The notes: a model not told the origin generated them from the sequence alone. A stretch of 40,092 nt of DNA from an uncultured Eubacteriaceae bacterium (GCA_947565475.1 CANOGI010000001.1:1-40092), one strand, 5' to 3'; counted from the first letter of the stretch, positions 28,592-38,299 are shown. Translations and numbers: made by a program.

Positions 28592-29317
28592 TTAATTTTT
28601 TAATTCTATTCCGTTTTTAGAGGCAAAATTTTTTAATTTTTCAATATATATTTTATATTGATTTTGTATTTCGGCGAGTTTATCGGTATCTGTTAAGTTT
28701 CCATAATTTTTTACTGTTCTCTCAAAGGCGTTAATTTGGTTTAATAAAGTTATAAATTCTTCAGCGGAAGATTTATTCAGAGATGAACGATTTTCAGTTA
28801 TCTGGTTTATTATTGATTTTAATTCGCTAGCAGTGTAAGCCTTTTTTCCTGTTGAGCGGATTATATCTTTTTGACTTGTTTCGTTTGTATTTATTTCCGC
28901 TGTGTATGTGTCAGGATTCCATTTAACCTCGGCGTTAAACGCCTGTGAAACCGCTCTTAAAGGTATTAATGTACGATTATTTATTATTTTTGGTTCTACA
29001 TCAAGAATTACTTTTTTTGAATTTACCGACATTTCTTTTGAACCGATTTTCATAATAACAGTTATGTTTTTTTTGCGACATATTATAGTTCTGTTTTTTT
29101 CATTCCACTCAACAGAGGCGCCGAGCTCTTCTAGTATAGCCCGAAAAGGTACGAGGGTTGTACCTTTTTCGATTATAGGTTTTTGGTCGAAGTGTAAAAA
29201 TTTGTTGTTTAATTTAATTTTTATATCGGGCGATGCTGTTATGGAGAAAGGTGAGAGGAAAGTCAAGCAAATCAATGTTATAAAGCCACGCTTAAATAAT
29301 TTTTTTATAGATGACAT
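28592..29317 (-). CDS. secreted stalk-domain protein with C-terminal helical module
   Basis: Signal peptide. Stalk motifs EKGTTLVPFRAILEELGASVEWNEKNRTI and INNRTLIPLRAVSQAFNAEVKWNPDTYTA. C-terminus YKIYIEKLKNFASKNGIELKN. Confidence 0.75.
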   Translation of the reverse strand: MSSIKKLFKRGFITLICLTFLSPFSITASPDIKIKLNNKFLHFDQKPIIEKGTTLVPFRAILEELGASVEWNEKNRTIICRKKNITVIMKIGSKEMSVNSKKVILDVEPKIINNRTLIPLRAVSQAFNAEVKWNPDTYTAEINTNETSQKDIIRSTGKKAYTASELKSIINQITENRSSLNKSSAEEFITLLNQINAFERTVKNYGNLTDTDKLAEIQNQYKIYIEKLKNFASKNGIELKN

Positions 29318-29379
29318 TTATCAAATCTCCTTTTTTATTTGGAATTTCCGTAATTACATAGTTTAGAAAAGAATGGCAT

Positions 29380-29742
29380 TTATGGCGTATCGTTTAAGCC
29401 CACGTCATAGTTGAGAGTAATGCTGTTTTCCTCAGCTATATTCTCAATTTTCTCAATATAAATATCATATTGTTCAGTAATTTTATTTATTTTTTCCTGA
29501 GAGTCAAACTCTTTGGGATTGGAATTTATATTTTTTACATATTCTTTTATTTCTTTGACGAGAGAAACATATTCTTCTTTTGAGTCTAAGGAAAGGCTGT
29601 CCGCCTGAGAACTGATTGAGTCAATGACGGATACAAGTGTAGCGGCGGTTTTTTCATTATCTAACATATTATTAGACTGGCAACCTGCCAACAGAGTAAT
29701 TGAAAGGGGGACTGTAATTAAGGCACGCGAAATTTTTCTCAT
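29380..29742 (-). CDS. small lipoprotein consisting of the helical module only
   Basis: Lipobox LLAGC. C-terminal YDIYIEKIENIAEENSITLNY matches the module ending of neighbouring paralogs. Confidence 0.7.
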   Translation of the reverse strand: MRKISRALITVPLSITLLAGCQSNNMLDNEKTAATLVSVIDSISSQADSLSLDSKEEYVSLVKEIKEYVKNINSNPKEFDSQEKINKITEQYDIYIEKIENIAEENSITLNYDVGLNDTP

Positions 29743-29998
29743 TTTTGAACAAGCTCCTTATATATATAAGCTAACGACGTATATTTTATGCCAAAAATTT
29801 ATTTGTTTAAATTTTAAGCTTGGGATTATGGAAAAAAGTATTAAACAATATTATATTTTTATTTTATCCACTAAAAAAGTGATAATACAAGCCTTTTATT
29901 TATAAATTAAAAAATAAATTTATAAACAAAATTTAAAAGCTTTATATTATCACCTTTTTATGTAATTTACGATTCTTAATAATTATTTATTAAGAAAA

Positions 29999-30331
29999 TT
30001 ATTTAATTTCGATATTGTTTTTCTTAGCGATGTCTTTTAATTTAGTGTCAAGTTCCTCGATTTTAGCGAGAGCCTCGTCTAAATCAGCGTCATCTCCTGC
30101 TGAAGCGATAGACATAAGTTCAGTAGCCTCAGTCTGAAGAGCTTTCATATCTTCCTGAAGTTTAGCCTGAGCGTCAGCGTCTAATTTTGTAGCTTCCTGA
30201 GCTATAGTTGTAGCGGAAGTCATAAATTTCTGAGCCGCAGCCTGTACGTCTTCCTCAGTAGCTCCGCCACAGCCTGTAAATAAAGAAAGTGATAAAATAG
30301 AAACACCTAAAATTGATAAAAACTTTTTCAT
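29999..30331 (-). CDS. small Ala/Glu/Lys-rich lipoprotein with the helical module
   Basis: MKKFLSILGVSILSLSLFTGC lipobox. C-terminus KLKDIAKKNNIEIK. AAGGAG sits 9 nt upstream of ATG 30331; the ATG at 30349 in the ORF track would overlap this RBS. Confidence 0.7.
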   Translation of the reverse strand: MKKFLSILGVSILSLSLFTGCGGATEEDVQAAAQKFMTSATTIAQEATKLDADAQAKLQEDMKALQTEATELMSIASAGDDADLDEALAKIEELDTKLKDIAKKNNIEIK

Positions 30332-30394
30332 TGTAATAATCTCCTTCAATAAAAAATTAAAATGTTAATAAACTGTAAATTTTATTATAAAAAA

Positions 30395-30423
30395 ATTATA
30401 CCACACAAAATTTAATTTGTAAA
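30395..30423 (-). promoter_or_regulatory. candidate sigma-A promoter for the 29999-30331 lipoprotein gene
   Basis: The minus strand reads TTTACA (30423-30418), 17-bp spacer, TGG-TATAAT (-10 at 30400-30395, extended -10). About 60 nt upstream of the start codon. Confidence 0.55.
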
Positions 30424-30594
30424 TAAAAATTTTAATTTAATTTGGAATAATTTTTTATACTTTAGTTTATAATAATATGTATATAAAAAAGTGAAACACA
30501 AATAATTATAAACTATACATTTCATTATAACATATAAAATATTATTTGTAAATACGTTTTTTAATTATTTACATGAGCTTTTTTTTATGGGAAT

Positions 30595-31560
30595 TTATAA
30601 ACTATTTAAGTTTGAGAGAGTCTGGCTCATATTCTGTACGGCGTCAAGAAGTTCTTTTTCAGAGGTTATTGGTTTTACCGTGATATGATTCTTTTTAGCG
30701 AAAGAATTAAGTTTAACGGCATATTCCCCTAACTTAGACGGATTTGTCATATTATTTGTTATATCAACGGTAAATTCTTGACAAATTGTTTTAAATTCTG
30801 TTTGAGAAGATTTGTCCAAAGATGTTATGTTATTTATTATCGCTATAAAAGGAGCGTAAAAATCGTAATACGCCTGCATTAACTCAGAGTCTTCCGCCAT
30901 ATCTGAGGTATTTTCCATATCATCAACGGAATCCATTAAATCATTTAAAGATGATATAGGTTTTACTGTTATATTATTAGCTTTCGCCACGGCGTTAAGT
31001 TTAACAGCGTATTCATTCAATTTATCCGTGTTTGCCAAGATTTTGCCGAAATCGGATAAAATTTCTTTGTAAAGACTTATGACCTCTGGCATAGAGGCTT
31101 CTTTTATAACATCGGCGTTATCTGACACGGCTATACACGGCGCGAAAAAGTCAAGATATGCTCGTTCCCATTTTTGATAGTCGAAATTTTCGTAGTCAAA
31201 GTTTTTTATAGTGTCGGTTAAGAGAGCGTCAATATCAAGATTTTCAATATCTTCTAATAAACCATCCAAATCTTTTTTCAGAGCGGAGCTATTAGTAGAA
31301 GAATTTGAGTTTGAAGTGGGATTTGAAACTGAGGAAGAATCTAAACCCGAAAGTTTGGAAGCGGGATTTGAAACTGAGGAAGAATCTAAACCCGAAAGTT
31401 TGGAAGCGTTATAAGAATTAGCGCTTTCGGAGTCTTTTACGGAAGATTCAAAAGAAGACTCCGTGGTTGTTTGTTCAGTAGTCTCATCTGAGTCCCCACA
31501 GCCTGAAAGCAAAGCGAGGGATAAAAGAGAAACTCCCAAAATCGATAAAAATTTTTTCAT
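30595..31560 (-). CDS. lipoprotein with Ser-rich linker and two tandem helical modules
   Basis: MKKFLSILGVSLLSLALLSGC lipobox, nearly the same signal peptide as the 29999 gene. Two modules end LNAVAKANNITVKP and LNSFAKKNHITVKP. GGAGG RBS. Confidence 0.75.
   Translation of the reverse strand: MKKFLSILGVSLLSLALLSGCGDSDETTEQTTTESSFESSVKDSESANSYNASKLSGLDSSSVSNPASKLSGLDSSSVSNPTSNSNSSTNSSALKKDLDGLLEDIENLDIDALLTDTIKNFDYENFDYQKWERAYLDFFAPCIAVSDNADVIKEASMPEVISLYKEILSDFGKILANTDKLNEYAVKLNAVAKANNITVKPISSLNDLMDSVDDMENTSDMAEDSELMQAYYDFYAPFIAIINNITSLDKSSQTEFKTICQEFTVDITNNMTNPSKLGEYAVKLNSFAKKNHITVKPITSEKELLDAVQNMSQTLSNLNSL
31318..31407. repeat. perfect 45-bp tandem duplication inside the lipoprotein gene
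   Basis: GGGATTTGAAACTGAGGAAGAATCTAAACCCGAAAGTTTGGAAGC occurs at 31318-31362 and again at 31363-31407. In-frame, it encodes ASKLSGLDSSSVSNP twice on the minus strand. Confidence 0.9.
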
Positions 31561-31716
31561 TGTTAAAACCTCCTTAATTTTATTTTAAAACTGTTTGAGA
31601 TTTTTCAAACAATTTTTTTATGTACTGAAGTGCCGAGAGGAAAATTGTAATCAAATTTTAAGAGCACGTAAAGCGCGCGAACGGGAAGCTAAAAGAACAG
31701 CTTTCCGCATAATTGA

Positions 31717-32811
31717 TTATTTTTGTTTTTCAAATGGTATTTTTACCTCTATTATTCCGGAAGAATAGGGCGCTATCTCATATTGATTAAAGAAAAACAC
31801 AAGCCCGTCTTTGGAAACGTAGAAATTATCAGGCGATAAATCCTCAACGAGTTTTTCCGAGTCATCGTAAAAATTATCAGGATTTTCCTTTATCTCTTTT
31901 TTGAAAAGTTCTTTTACATCTTTTAAAATCGCCTCGGAATCTTTTCCGCAAAGTTCTTTAGCTACCTCGTCTAAAGTTACGGCGCCTGTCTCTATGTTAT
32001 ATGTTTTGGCTGATTTAAGCGTAGAGGGATGAGCTCCTCCCGTATATGACGTTTCAGTGCTTATTATTGAGAGATAGTTATCAAATTCGTCGGCGTCATA
32101 AGTGAGCGTAAACTCATAGGGGTGGAAGTTTTCTGTATTTTCGATGAATATGTCTTTTGCCTCTTTTTTTAAATTGTCAAGGGACATATCCATATCATCT
32201 GCTTTTTTATTTAAAAATTTCTCAGCCTGAGAGTTTCTTTTCTCCTCGAAAAGTGAATACGCTTTTTCACTTAATTTTTCTTTTAATAACTCTGAGTTTG
32301 TATATATTTTTGCCGTTATGAGGACGGTATCGCCGTCTGTTATATTACATGTTTCTGTGGCGATAGGATTCACGGTGTTAATTATTATTGTTTTAGTATT
32401 GGCATCGTAATTTATGACCGCACCTAACGCCTCGTTTATGACTTGGAGGGGAACAAGAGCTTTTCCATCTGTTATTTTCGCGGGAAACTCAATATGAATC
32501 TTTTTGCCGTTTACGTCGATTTCAGAAGCCCCGATTGTCACGCTTATGGTTTTATCATCCTTTGTACATATTATTGTTTTTGTGCTTTCATCCCATAAGA
32601 TTGACGCTCTTATTTCTTCCATAAAATTTCTGAAAGGTATAAAGGGGATTCCGTCTTCTATCGTAAAGGGCTGTTCAAGGTTGATTTCTTTATTATCAAG
32701 CGTTATGGTGAATGTTTTATTTTCTGTTATGGCAAGTATCGGAGATACTGAGCAATACTGCAAAACAGCGCTTAATAATATCGACGTTATTATTTTTAAT
32801 TTTCTTTTCAT
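31717..32811 (-). CDS. secreted stalk-domain protein fused to a DUF4163/DUF3298 (RsiV/PdaC-like) domain
   Basis: Stalk motifs EDGIPFIPFRNFMEEIRASILWDESTKTI and TDGKALVPLQVINEALGAVINYDANTKTI. The C-terminal half has SYTGGAHP and FNQYEIAPYSSGIIEVKIPF, typical of DUF3298. Confidence 0.75.
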   Translation of the reverse strand: MKRKLKIITSILLSAVLQYCSVSPILAITENKTFTITLDNKEINLEQPFTIEDGIPFIPFRNFMEEIRASILWDESTKTIICTKDDKTISVTIGASEIDVNGKKIHIEFPAKITDGKALVPLQVINEALGAVINYDANTKTIIINTVNPIATETCNITDGDTVLITAKIYTNSELLKEKLSEKAYSLFEEKRNSQAEKFLNKKADDMDMSLDNLKKEAKDIFIENTENFHPYEFTLTYDADEFDNYLSIISTETSYTGGAHPSTLKSAKTYNIETGAVTLDEVAKELCGKDSEAILKDVKELFKKEIKENPDNFYDDSEKLVEDLSPDNFYVSKDGLVFFFNQYEIAPYSSGIIEVKIPFEKQK

Positions 32812-32846
32812 TTTTAATTCTCCTTGTATGATAAGTTATTTATTTT

Positions 32847-32995
32847 AACCGACAGAGGAAGTCCCCCGCTTTTTAGGCGGGGGTACTTCTTCTTGTATTC
32901 AGGAAGAGTGCAAGCTCACTTTGAATACAAAGGCGAATATTTTTGCCGTCGGTTACGAGAATTTTTGTTATACAAAAATTCGAGTAGTATTGACT
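32847..32995 (+). repeat. R-A family, canonical 149-nt copy
   Basis: AACCGACAGAGGAAGTCCCCCGC-TTTTTA-GGCGGGGGTACTTC...CTTGTATTCAGG...TTGAATACAAAGGCGAATATTTTTGCCGTCGGTTACGAGAATTTTTGTTATACAAAAATTCGAGTAGTATTGAC. It lies between two minus-strand genes. Confidence 0.85.
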
Positions 32996-33108
32996 TGTAT
33001 GGAGTAAGTATAAGCTGATAGTAAATATAAATGTTATAATAATCTGTTGAAAGAATTTCGTGAAACAAAAATATAAATAGTTTTTGTTTAGATAAAAGCG
33101 GATTAATG

Positions 33109-34617
33109 TTAATCTTCTATTTTAATTTTATTTTTTTCCGCTAAAACTTTAAGTTCTTCAATATATTTTTTTAACTTCTTTTCCGCTGTGTCAATTTTTT
33201 CCTGTGTGTTCAGACGCTGACTGTTTGATAAAAGACCTTTTACATATTCTAATATCTCACTCATAAATTGGGTATGTTCTGAGGATTCGGGCAGACCTTT
33301 TTTAATTCGCATATAAATATTTGAAAGTTCTCTCTCCGCCGATATAAAACCGATTATGTCAAGGTCTTGCTGTTTTTCTTTAGCGGCGGATGTTCTCTTT
33401 AGATCCTCTATATAAATTTTCATTTCATTTGTAATTTCGTCAATTTCATTTTGAGACGAAAAACAGTTAAACATACTGTTTATAAATTTTAAGGAAATTT
33501 CATATGGTACAGCCATAGTCTCAGGGTTTTCCGAGTGGTCTTTGAGAAGTTCTTTTAATGTTTTGGTATATTCCGAATAGTCAAATTTAGTCATATTGTG
33601 TTCGGACATAAAGGTTTTAATTTTTTCAATAATTTTATTGAGTTTTATTTCTATTTCCTTAGTTTTCCCAATATCTTCGCTGTCATAGGAGGTTATATAA
33701 CCGTCCGCCAAAAATGATAATATATCGAGATAAATTTCTTTAGCCTCTTGATATGTTTCTGTATTTAAAGAGCCGGAAAGTTGAGAAACAAGCGGAATTA
33801 ACTCAATAACAGTTTCATTTTCAATAAATGAAAGAAAGCTTGTTATAAAGCATATACTGTTTTCAGCGCTTGTCTCAGAGTAAATAAGTCTGTCGTTTCT
33901 TTTAAACAAATCTGTTATTTTTTCGGCGTATTCTTTTTTTATATTCTGCTTTTTCTCAATTATTTGAGGGTCTCCGTTTTTAGAATTTTCAGTCAAATAA
34001 ACATAGTCCTTTGAGGTATAAAAATTAAATATAATTTCTTTCGCCTCTTCAATGGAGTTATCGTCAAAATCTTTTAGATTGGCTATTAACATAAAAGTAA
34101 TGTTTGACATCGTATTATCAGAAATATAACGATTTGTGTTAAAATCATATATGTCATCTGATGTGTTATGATTTATGAACTCGATAAGATTTTCAACATC
34201 TTTAATGTAGTGAACGACGGAGGAGTTAATAATTTTTGACACTGTAAAGTCGGATATGTAAGCCGTGGAGTTTATTACTTTCGAGGGAGACACGGATTCT
34301 TCGTAAATTTGATTGTTTACCGTAAAAGAGTCGGAGCCTATTGTAATGGAAAAATTTATTTTACCATTTGAGCCGTGTATTGTTTTTTTTGAGCTGTCGT
34401 AAATTATTTTATAGCCTATATTCTCAAAAAAAGTCCGAGCGGGCAAATAAGTCTCAAGACCGGTGTCGTCAAAAAATACAGGTTTATCAAGTTTAACGAT
34501 ATTTCCGTTTACCATTATTATAGTATTAGGATCAAAGTCCCCGAAAGTATAAACGGGAGCGGTAAAAGATAACGCGGTTACCGCTGTTAAAAATAAAGAA
34601 GCGAGCCTTTTTTTCAT
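33109..34617 (-). CDS. secreted protein with divergent stalk-like N-terminal domain and long helical region ending in the module
   Basis: Signal peptide. Divergent stalk pattern MVNGNIVKLDKPVFFDDTGLETYLPARTFFENIGYKIIYDSSKKTI. C-terminus YIEELKVLAEKNKIKIED. Weak RBS. Confidence 0.65.
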   Translation of the reverse strand: MKKRLASLFLTAVTALSFTAPVYTFGDFDPNTIIMVNGNIVKLDKPVFFDDTGLETYLPARTFFENIGYKIIYDSSKKTIHGSNGKINFSITIGSDSFTVNNQIYEESVSPSKVINSTAYISDFTVSKIINSSVVHYIKDVENLIEFINHNTSDDIYDFNTNRYISDNTMSNITFMLIANLKDFDDNSIEEAKEIIFNFYTSKDYVYLTENSKNGDPQIIEKKQNIKKEYAEKITDLFKRNDRLIYSETSAENSICFITSFLSFIENETVIELIPLVSQLSGSLNTETYQEAKEIYLDILSFLADGYITSYDSEDIGKTKEIEIKLNKIIEKIKTFMSEHNMTKFDYSEYTKTLKELLKDHSENPETMAVPYEISLKFINSMFNCFSSQNEIDEITNEMKIYIEDLKRTSAAKEKQQDLDIIGFISAERELSNIYMRIKKGLPESSEHTQFMSEILEYVKGLLSNSQRLNTQEKIDTAEKKLKKYIEELKVLAEKNKIKIED

Positions 34618-34658
34618 TTTAAATTCTCTCTTTCTGATTATAAGATTACATTATTAGA

Positions 34659-34872
34659 ACGTATCTGAAAACTGAAATACGCGCGAGAAATTATAAAAAA
34701 GCAAAATGAATTTGAAGCGTATCATTTTATTCTTTGGATATTCAGCCTTTTTAACAATATAGAAATTCGCGAAATTTTTAATATAAAATAACATTTGACA
34801 TTATTTGGATTTATTAAAGTTTATTTGTCTATTATTTTATTGTTAGCTATATACATAGTTTTCAGATACATA
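34659..34872. repeat. R-H family 214-bp element bounded by inverted repeats
   Basis: Terminal inverted repeats ACGTATCTGAAAACT (34659-34673) / AGTTTTCAGATACAT (34858-34872). The interior shares the AAATACGCG.GAGAAATTATAAAAAAG core with 1204-1240. Confidence 0.65.
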
Positions 34873-34893
34873 TAGGTTTAATATTTAAAATTA

Positions 34894-36351
34894 TTATATA
34901 ACTTTCAGTTGTAACTTTGCCGCGAGAAATTTCCACTCATCGTGAAGCTGAGTTATATTTTTTACGCAGTTAGCTATTTGAGCGTCCGTCATTTTCGTTA
35001 TTGTATCGAAAGCGGCTGAAAATTCAGGGTTGTCAGAATTGAGTTTAAACAGTTTTGAGTATGTGTCGAGAGTTTTTATATAAAGAGAGTTGTACTTTGC
35101 CTGATAATCAGAATACTTTTGCTTTAAGGTTTTTCCGTTCTCATCGGCGTCAAGGTCGGACGCTTTTTTTATAAAATTTTTTAAATATACTGTGAGGTCG
35201 AGATCCGCCTTTATAAGAGGTTTTATATCTGTTTTGCTCGATTTCTTAGTGGTTTTTCCACTTATTCCGAGGTTAATGTAAATTGTTTTCACATCCTCAA
35301 GTATTTCTTTTACCTCCTCTTCAGCGTCGAGAATATCATCTTTGCCGGGGATTAATTTATCCGGGTCGTCGGAGAGATACTCATTTTTGAATTTCTCAAT
35401 TCTCTTTATGTGTTTGTTATAAGGTTTTTCAGCAAAAGCGTATTTTTCTTTAAAAATATAGGGCTTATCGGCGCCGTCATCTATAGAGCGAACTGTATAG
35501 TTCTCAATATATTTTTCGTAAAGGTCTATGTCCGACATATAATCGGCGTAATCGGGAATACTACAGCCCACTTTATCGGCGAAGTTTTTAATCTCGTCTA
35601 TTAAAACATCTACGGAATCTTCAGAGAGATTTAATATTTTTTTCGCTTTTTTCATCTCGCATGAGTTTATATTGCTGTAATCTATATTTATTTTTCCAAA
35701 AGGCGAGTCTTTGCCGTTGAAAATGTCAGAAAAATACTCAAACTCTTTGGCGTAGGACTCGTATTCGGGTTTTAAAATTTTAGCCAGGGTCATATATGAG
35801 CCTTTATCAAGACATATTCCGTCGTTTAAAGCGTAGATATACAGTGAGAGTTTTGTGAGTTTTGACGATAAGACGGCGTCCTCGGAATTTACAGGAGAGT
35901 ATATGAACACTGTCTGAAGCTCACTATCCCAAAACACTTCTGAATTTAAGGCTTTTGACAGCGCTCTTAAAGGGATATATGTCGTACCGTCTATAAGAAC
36001 GGGTGGAACGTCTAAAAACACGTCGGCGTCCTCAGAAAACCGCATTATATTGCTGTTTATTACAAAAGTGAGGTATATATCGTCTTTTGAGCAAACTATT
36101 GTTTTTGTTTTTGGATTCCAATCTAAGGCGATATTCATCGCGTCAGCTATTTCTCTTAAAGGCACAAGAGTAACTCCGTCTTTAATTACAGGGTCTTTTG
36201 ATAAGTTTAAAATATTGTCGTCAAGTTCCACGATAATTTTATTGCTTGTCACCGAGTAAGAAACGGCGAAAGTTTTAAACGTTTCTGTCGATGAGAAAAT
36301 TAAAGCGGATAAAATGATAAAAGATAAAAATTTTATAAAATATTTTCTCAT
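34894..36351 (-). CDS. secreted stalk-domain protein with long helical C-terminal region
   Basis: Signal peptide. Stalk motifs KDGVTLVPLREIADAMNIALDWNPKTKTI and IDGTTYIPLRALSKALNSEVFWDSELQTV. Degenerate module ending FLAAKLQLKVI. AAGGTGA RBS. Confidence 0.72.
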   Translation of the reverse strand: MRKYFIKFLSFIILSALIFSSTETFKTFAVSYSVTSNKIIVELDDNILNLSKDPVIKDGVTLVPLREIADAMNIALDWNPKTKTIVCSKDDIYLTFVINSNIMRFSEDADVFLDVPPVLIDGTTYIPLRALSKALNSEVFWDSELQTVFIYSPVNSEDAVLSSKLTKLSLYIYALNDGICLDKGSYMTLAKILKPEYESYAKEFEYFSDIFNGKDSPFGKINIDYSNINSCEMKKAKKILNLSEDSVDVLIDEIKNFADKVGCSIPDYADYMSDIDLYEKYIENYTVRSIDDGADKPYIFKEKYAFAEKPYNKHIKRIEKFKNEYLSDDPDKLIPGKDDILDAEEEVKEILEDVKTIYINLGISGKTTKKSSKTDIKPLIKADLDLTVYLKNFIKKASDLDADENGKTLKQKYSDYQAKYNSLYIKTLDTYSKLFKLNSDNPEFSAAFDTITKMTDAQIANCVKNITQLHDEWKFLAAKLQLKVI

Positions 36352-36407
36352 AAAATCACCTTAAATATTCTTAATGATGCTTTAAGCGTTTTTAAGTTTT
36401 CAGAAGT

Positions 36408-37841
36408 TTAATACGCTTTTCCCCATATAACCATTTTCTCAGCGGGTTTTTGACAGCATACGCACGTATCTCCTATATGTTCCTGCTCAAACGGTATACA
36501 TCTTGAGGTCGCTCCTGTTTCTTCCTTTATTTTATTTTCACATTCCTCGTTTCCGCACCACATAGCTTTTATAAAGCCTTGATTTGTCTCAAGAACTTTT
36601 TTAAACTCTTCCATATTTTTGGCTTCGGACGTTTTTGCCTCTCTGTGGGCTTTAGCTTTTTCCAAAAGACTTGACTGAATGTTTTCAAGAAGGGAGATAA
36701 CTTCTTTTTCAATTTCAGATAGCTTAACGGTTGTTTTTTCGCCTGTGTCGCGTCTCGCCAAAACAGCCTGACCGTTTTCTATATCACGAGGCCCGAGCTC
36801 TATTCTCACAGGAACACCTTTCATCTCATACTCGCTGAATTTCCAGCCTGGTGATTTATCAGAATCGTCAAGGCGAACCCTGCATACTTTTGAGAGGGTC
36901 TTTAAAACTTCCTCAGCTTTTTCCAAGACACCTTCTTTTTTCTGCATTACCGGTACTATTATTACTTGGGTAGGAGCGACTTTAGGAGGGAGCACAAGCC
37001 CGTTATTATCGCTGTGAACCATAATAAGACCTCCGATAAGACGAGTCGATACGCCCCATGACGTTTGATGAACGTATTGAAGCTTATTGTTTTTATCAGT
37101 ATATTTAATATCGAAAGCTTTGGCGAATCCGTCTCCAAAGTTATGGGACGTTCCTGACTGAAGAGCTTTTCCGTCGTGCATAAGGCTCTCGATTGTGTAT
37201 GTGGATTTAGCTCCGGCAAATTTTTCTTTATCTGTTTTTTGGCCTTTTATTACAGGAATCGCGAGAACTTTCTCACAGAAGTCGGCGTATTCGTTAAGCT
37301 GGGCGATTGTCTCCTCTTTTGCTTCTTCCTCTGTGGCGTGAGCGGTATGCCCTTCCTGCCACAAAAACTCAAGGCTTCTTAAAAAAGGTCTTGTGGTTTT
37401 TTCCCAGCGTACAACAGAACACCACTGGTTATAAAGTTTAGGGAGGTCACGGTATGACTGAACTATATTGGAATAGTGCTCGCAGAAAAGAGTTTCTGAA
37501 GTCGGTCTTACGCAGAGCCTGTCGGTTAGTTTTTCCTCACCCCCGTGAGTAACCCAAGCTACCTCAGGAGCGAAACCCTCAACATGGTCTTTTTCTTTTT
37601 GAAGAAGACTTTCGGGGATAAACATAGGCATATAAACGTTTTCGTGTCCTGAAGCTTTAAATCTCTCGTCAAGTTGCTTCTGAATAAGTTCCCATATAGC
37701 GTATCCGTAAGGGCGGATAACCATACAGCCCCTTACGCAGGAATAATCAATTAAATCGGCTTTTTTTACTATATCTGTATACCATTTAGCGAAATCGTCT
37801 TCCATAGATGTTATCGCGGTAACCATTTTTTCTTGTGACAT
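36408..37841 (-). CDS. proS: proline--tRNA ligase (archaeal/eukaryote-like class II type, ~477 aa)
   Basis: Class II aaRS motifs ([12 protein letters not shown]; [15 protein letters not shown]; GTSHNFG), an anticodon-binding domain, and a C-terminal zinc-type domain (WCGNEECE...CVCC). AAAGGAG RBS. Confidence 0.95.
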   Translation of the reverse strand: MSQEKMVTAITSMEDDFAKWYTDIVKKADLIDYSCVRGCMVIRPYGYAIWELIQKQLDERFKASGHENVYMPMFIPESLLQKEKDHVEGFAPEVAWVTHGGEEKLTDRLCVRPTSETLFCEHYSNIVQSYRDLPKLYNQWCSVVRWEKTTRPFLRSLEFLWQEGHTAHATEEEAKEETIAQLNEYADFCEKVLAIPVIKGQKTDKEKFAGAKSTYTIESLMHDGKALQSGTSHNFGDGFAKAFDIKYTDKNNKLQYVHQTSWGVSTRLIGGLIMVHSDNNGLVLPPKVAPTQVIIVPVMQKKEGVLEKAEEVLKTLSKVCRVRLDDSDKSPGWKFSEYEMKGVPVRIELGPRDIENGQAVLARRDTGEKTTVKLSEIEKEVISLLENIQSSLLEKAKAHREAKTSEAKNMEEFKKVLETNQGFIKAMWCGNEECENKIKEETGATSRCIPFEQEHIGDTCVCCQKPAEKMVIWGKAY

Positions 37842-37875
37842 AAATATAAACTCCTTTTATAAAAAATTGGTTGGA

Positions 37876-38239
37876 GCGTATCTGAAAACTCTCCCTAACT
37901 GTTAAAAGTATATAAAACTTTATTTTTTTAAGATTATTTTTATTTTCTCAAAACTAAAATATACAAAAAATTATAAAAATAAACGAGATTTGACTGGCGT
38001 TTATTTTTTATTATTTCTCATACTAATCTTATAAGAGCTGTTAAGTAACAATATCTTTGCTAATTGTTATCATCTAAGTTATTTAGATGATATATTTAAA
38101 AAGTGGATATAATATATTAGGACGGTATAAAAACAAGGCGAATACTTTCACCGTCGGTTACAAGAATTTTTGCTATACAAAAATTCGAGTAGTTTTGATA
38201 AGAGATTAGTATTATGTATATTTTAGTTTTCAGGTACGC
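37876..38239. repeat. R-H family copy (364 bp) containing an R-A 3' fragment
   Basis: Terminal inverted repeats GCGTATCTGAAAACT (37876-37890) / AGTTTTCAGGTACGC (38225-38239). The interior is inverted relative to 34659-34872. It starts 35 nt upstream of the proS start codon. Confidence 0.6.
38124..38198 (+). repeat. R-A family, 3' half only
   Basis: ...ACAAGGCGAATACTTTCACCGTCGGTTACAAGAATTTTTGCTATACAAAAATTCGAGTAGTTTTGA. Hairpins 1-3 are absent. Confidence 0.7.
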
Positions 38240-38299
38240 TGTAGTTATATTTTAACACAGTCGAGAATTATATTCAACAATTTAAAAATAAAAAATGCT

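Noticed and set aside
29864-29872. Single DnaA-box-like 9-mer TTATCCACT
   Set aside because: Isolated, with one mismatch, in very AT-rich spacer DNA. A single occurrence is expected by chance.
17324-37841. Functional link between proC and proS (both proline-related) in the same window
   Set aside because: They are 18 kb apart on opposite strands, with unrelated genes between them and no shared regulatory element that I could see. Probably coincidence.
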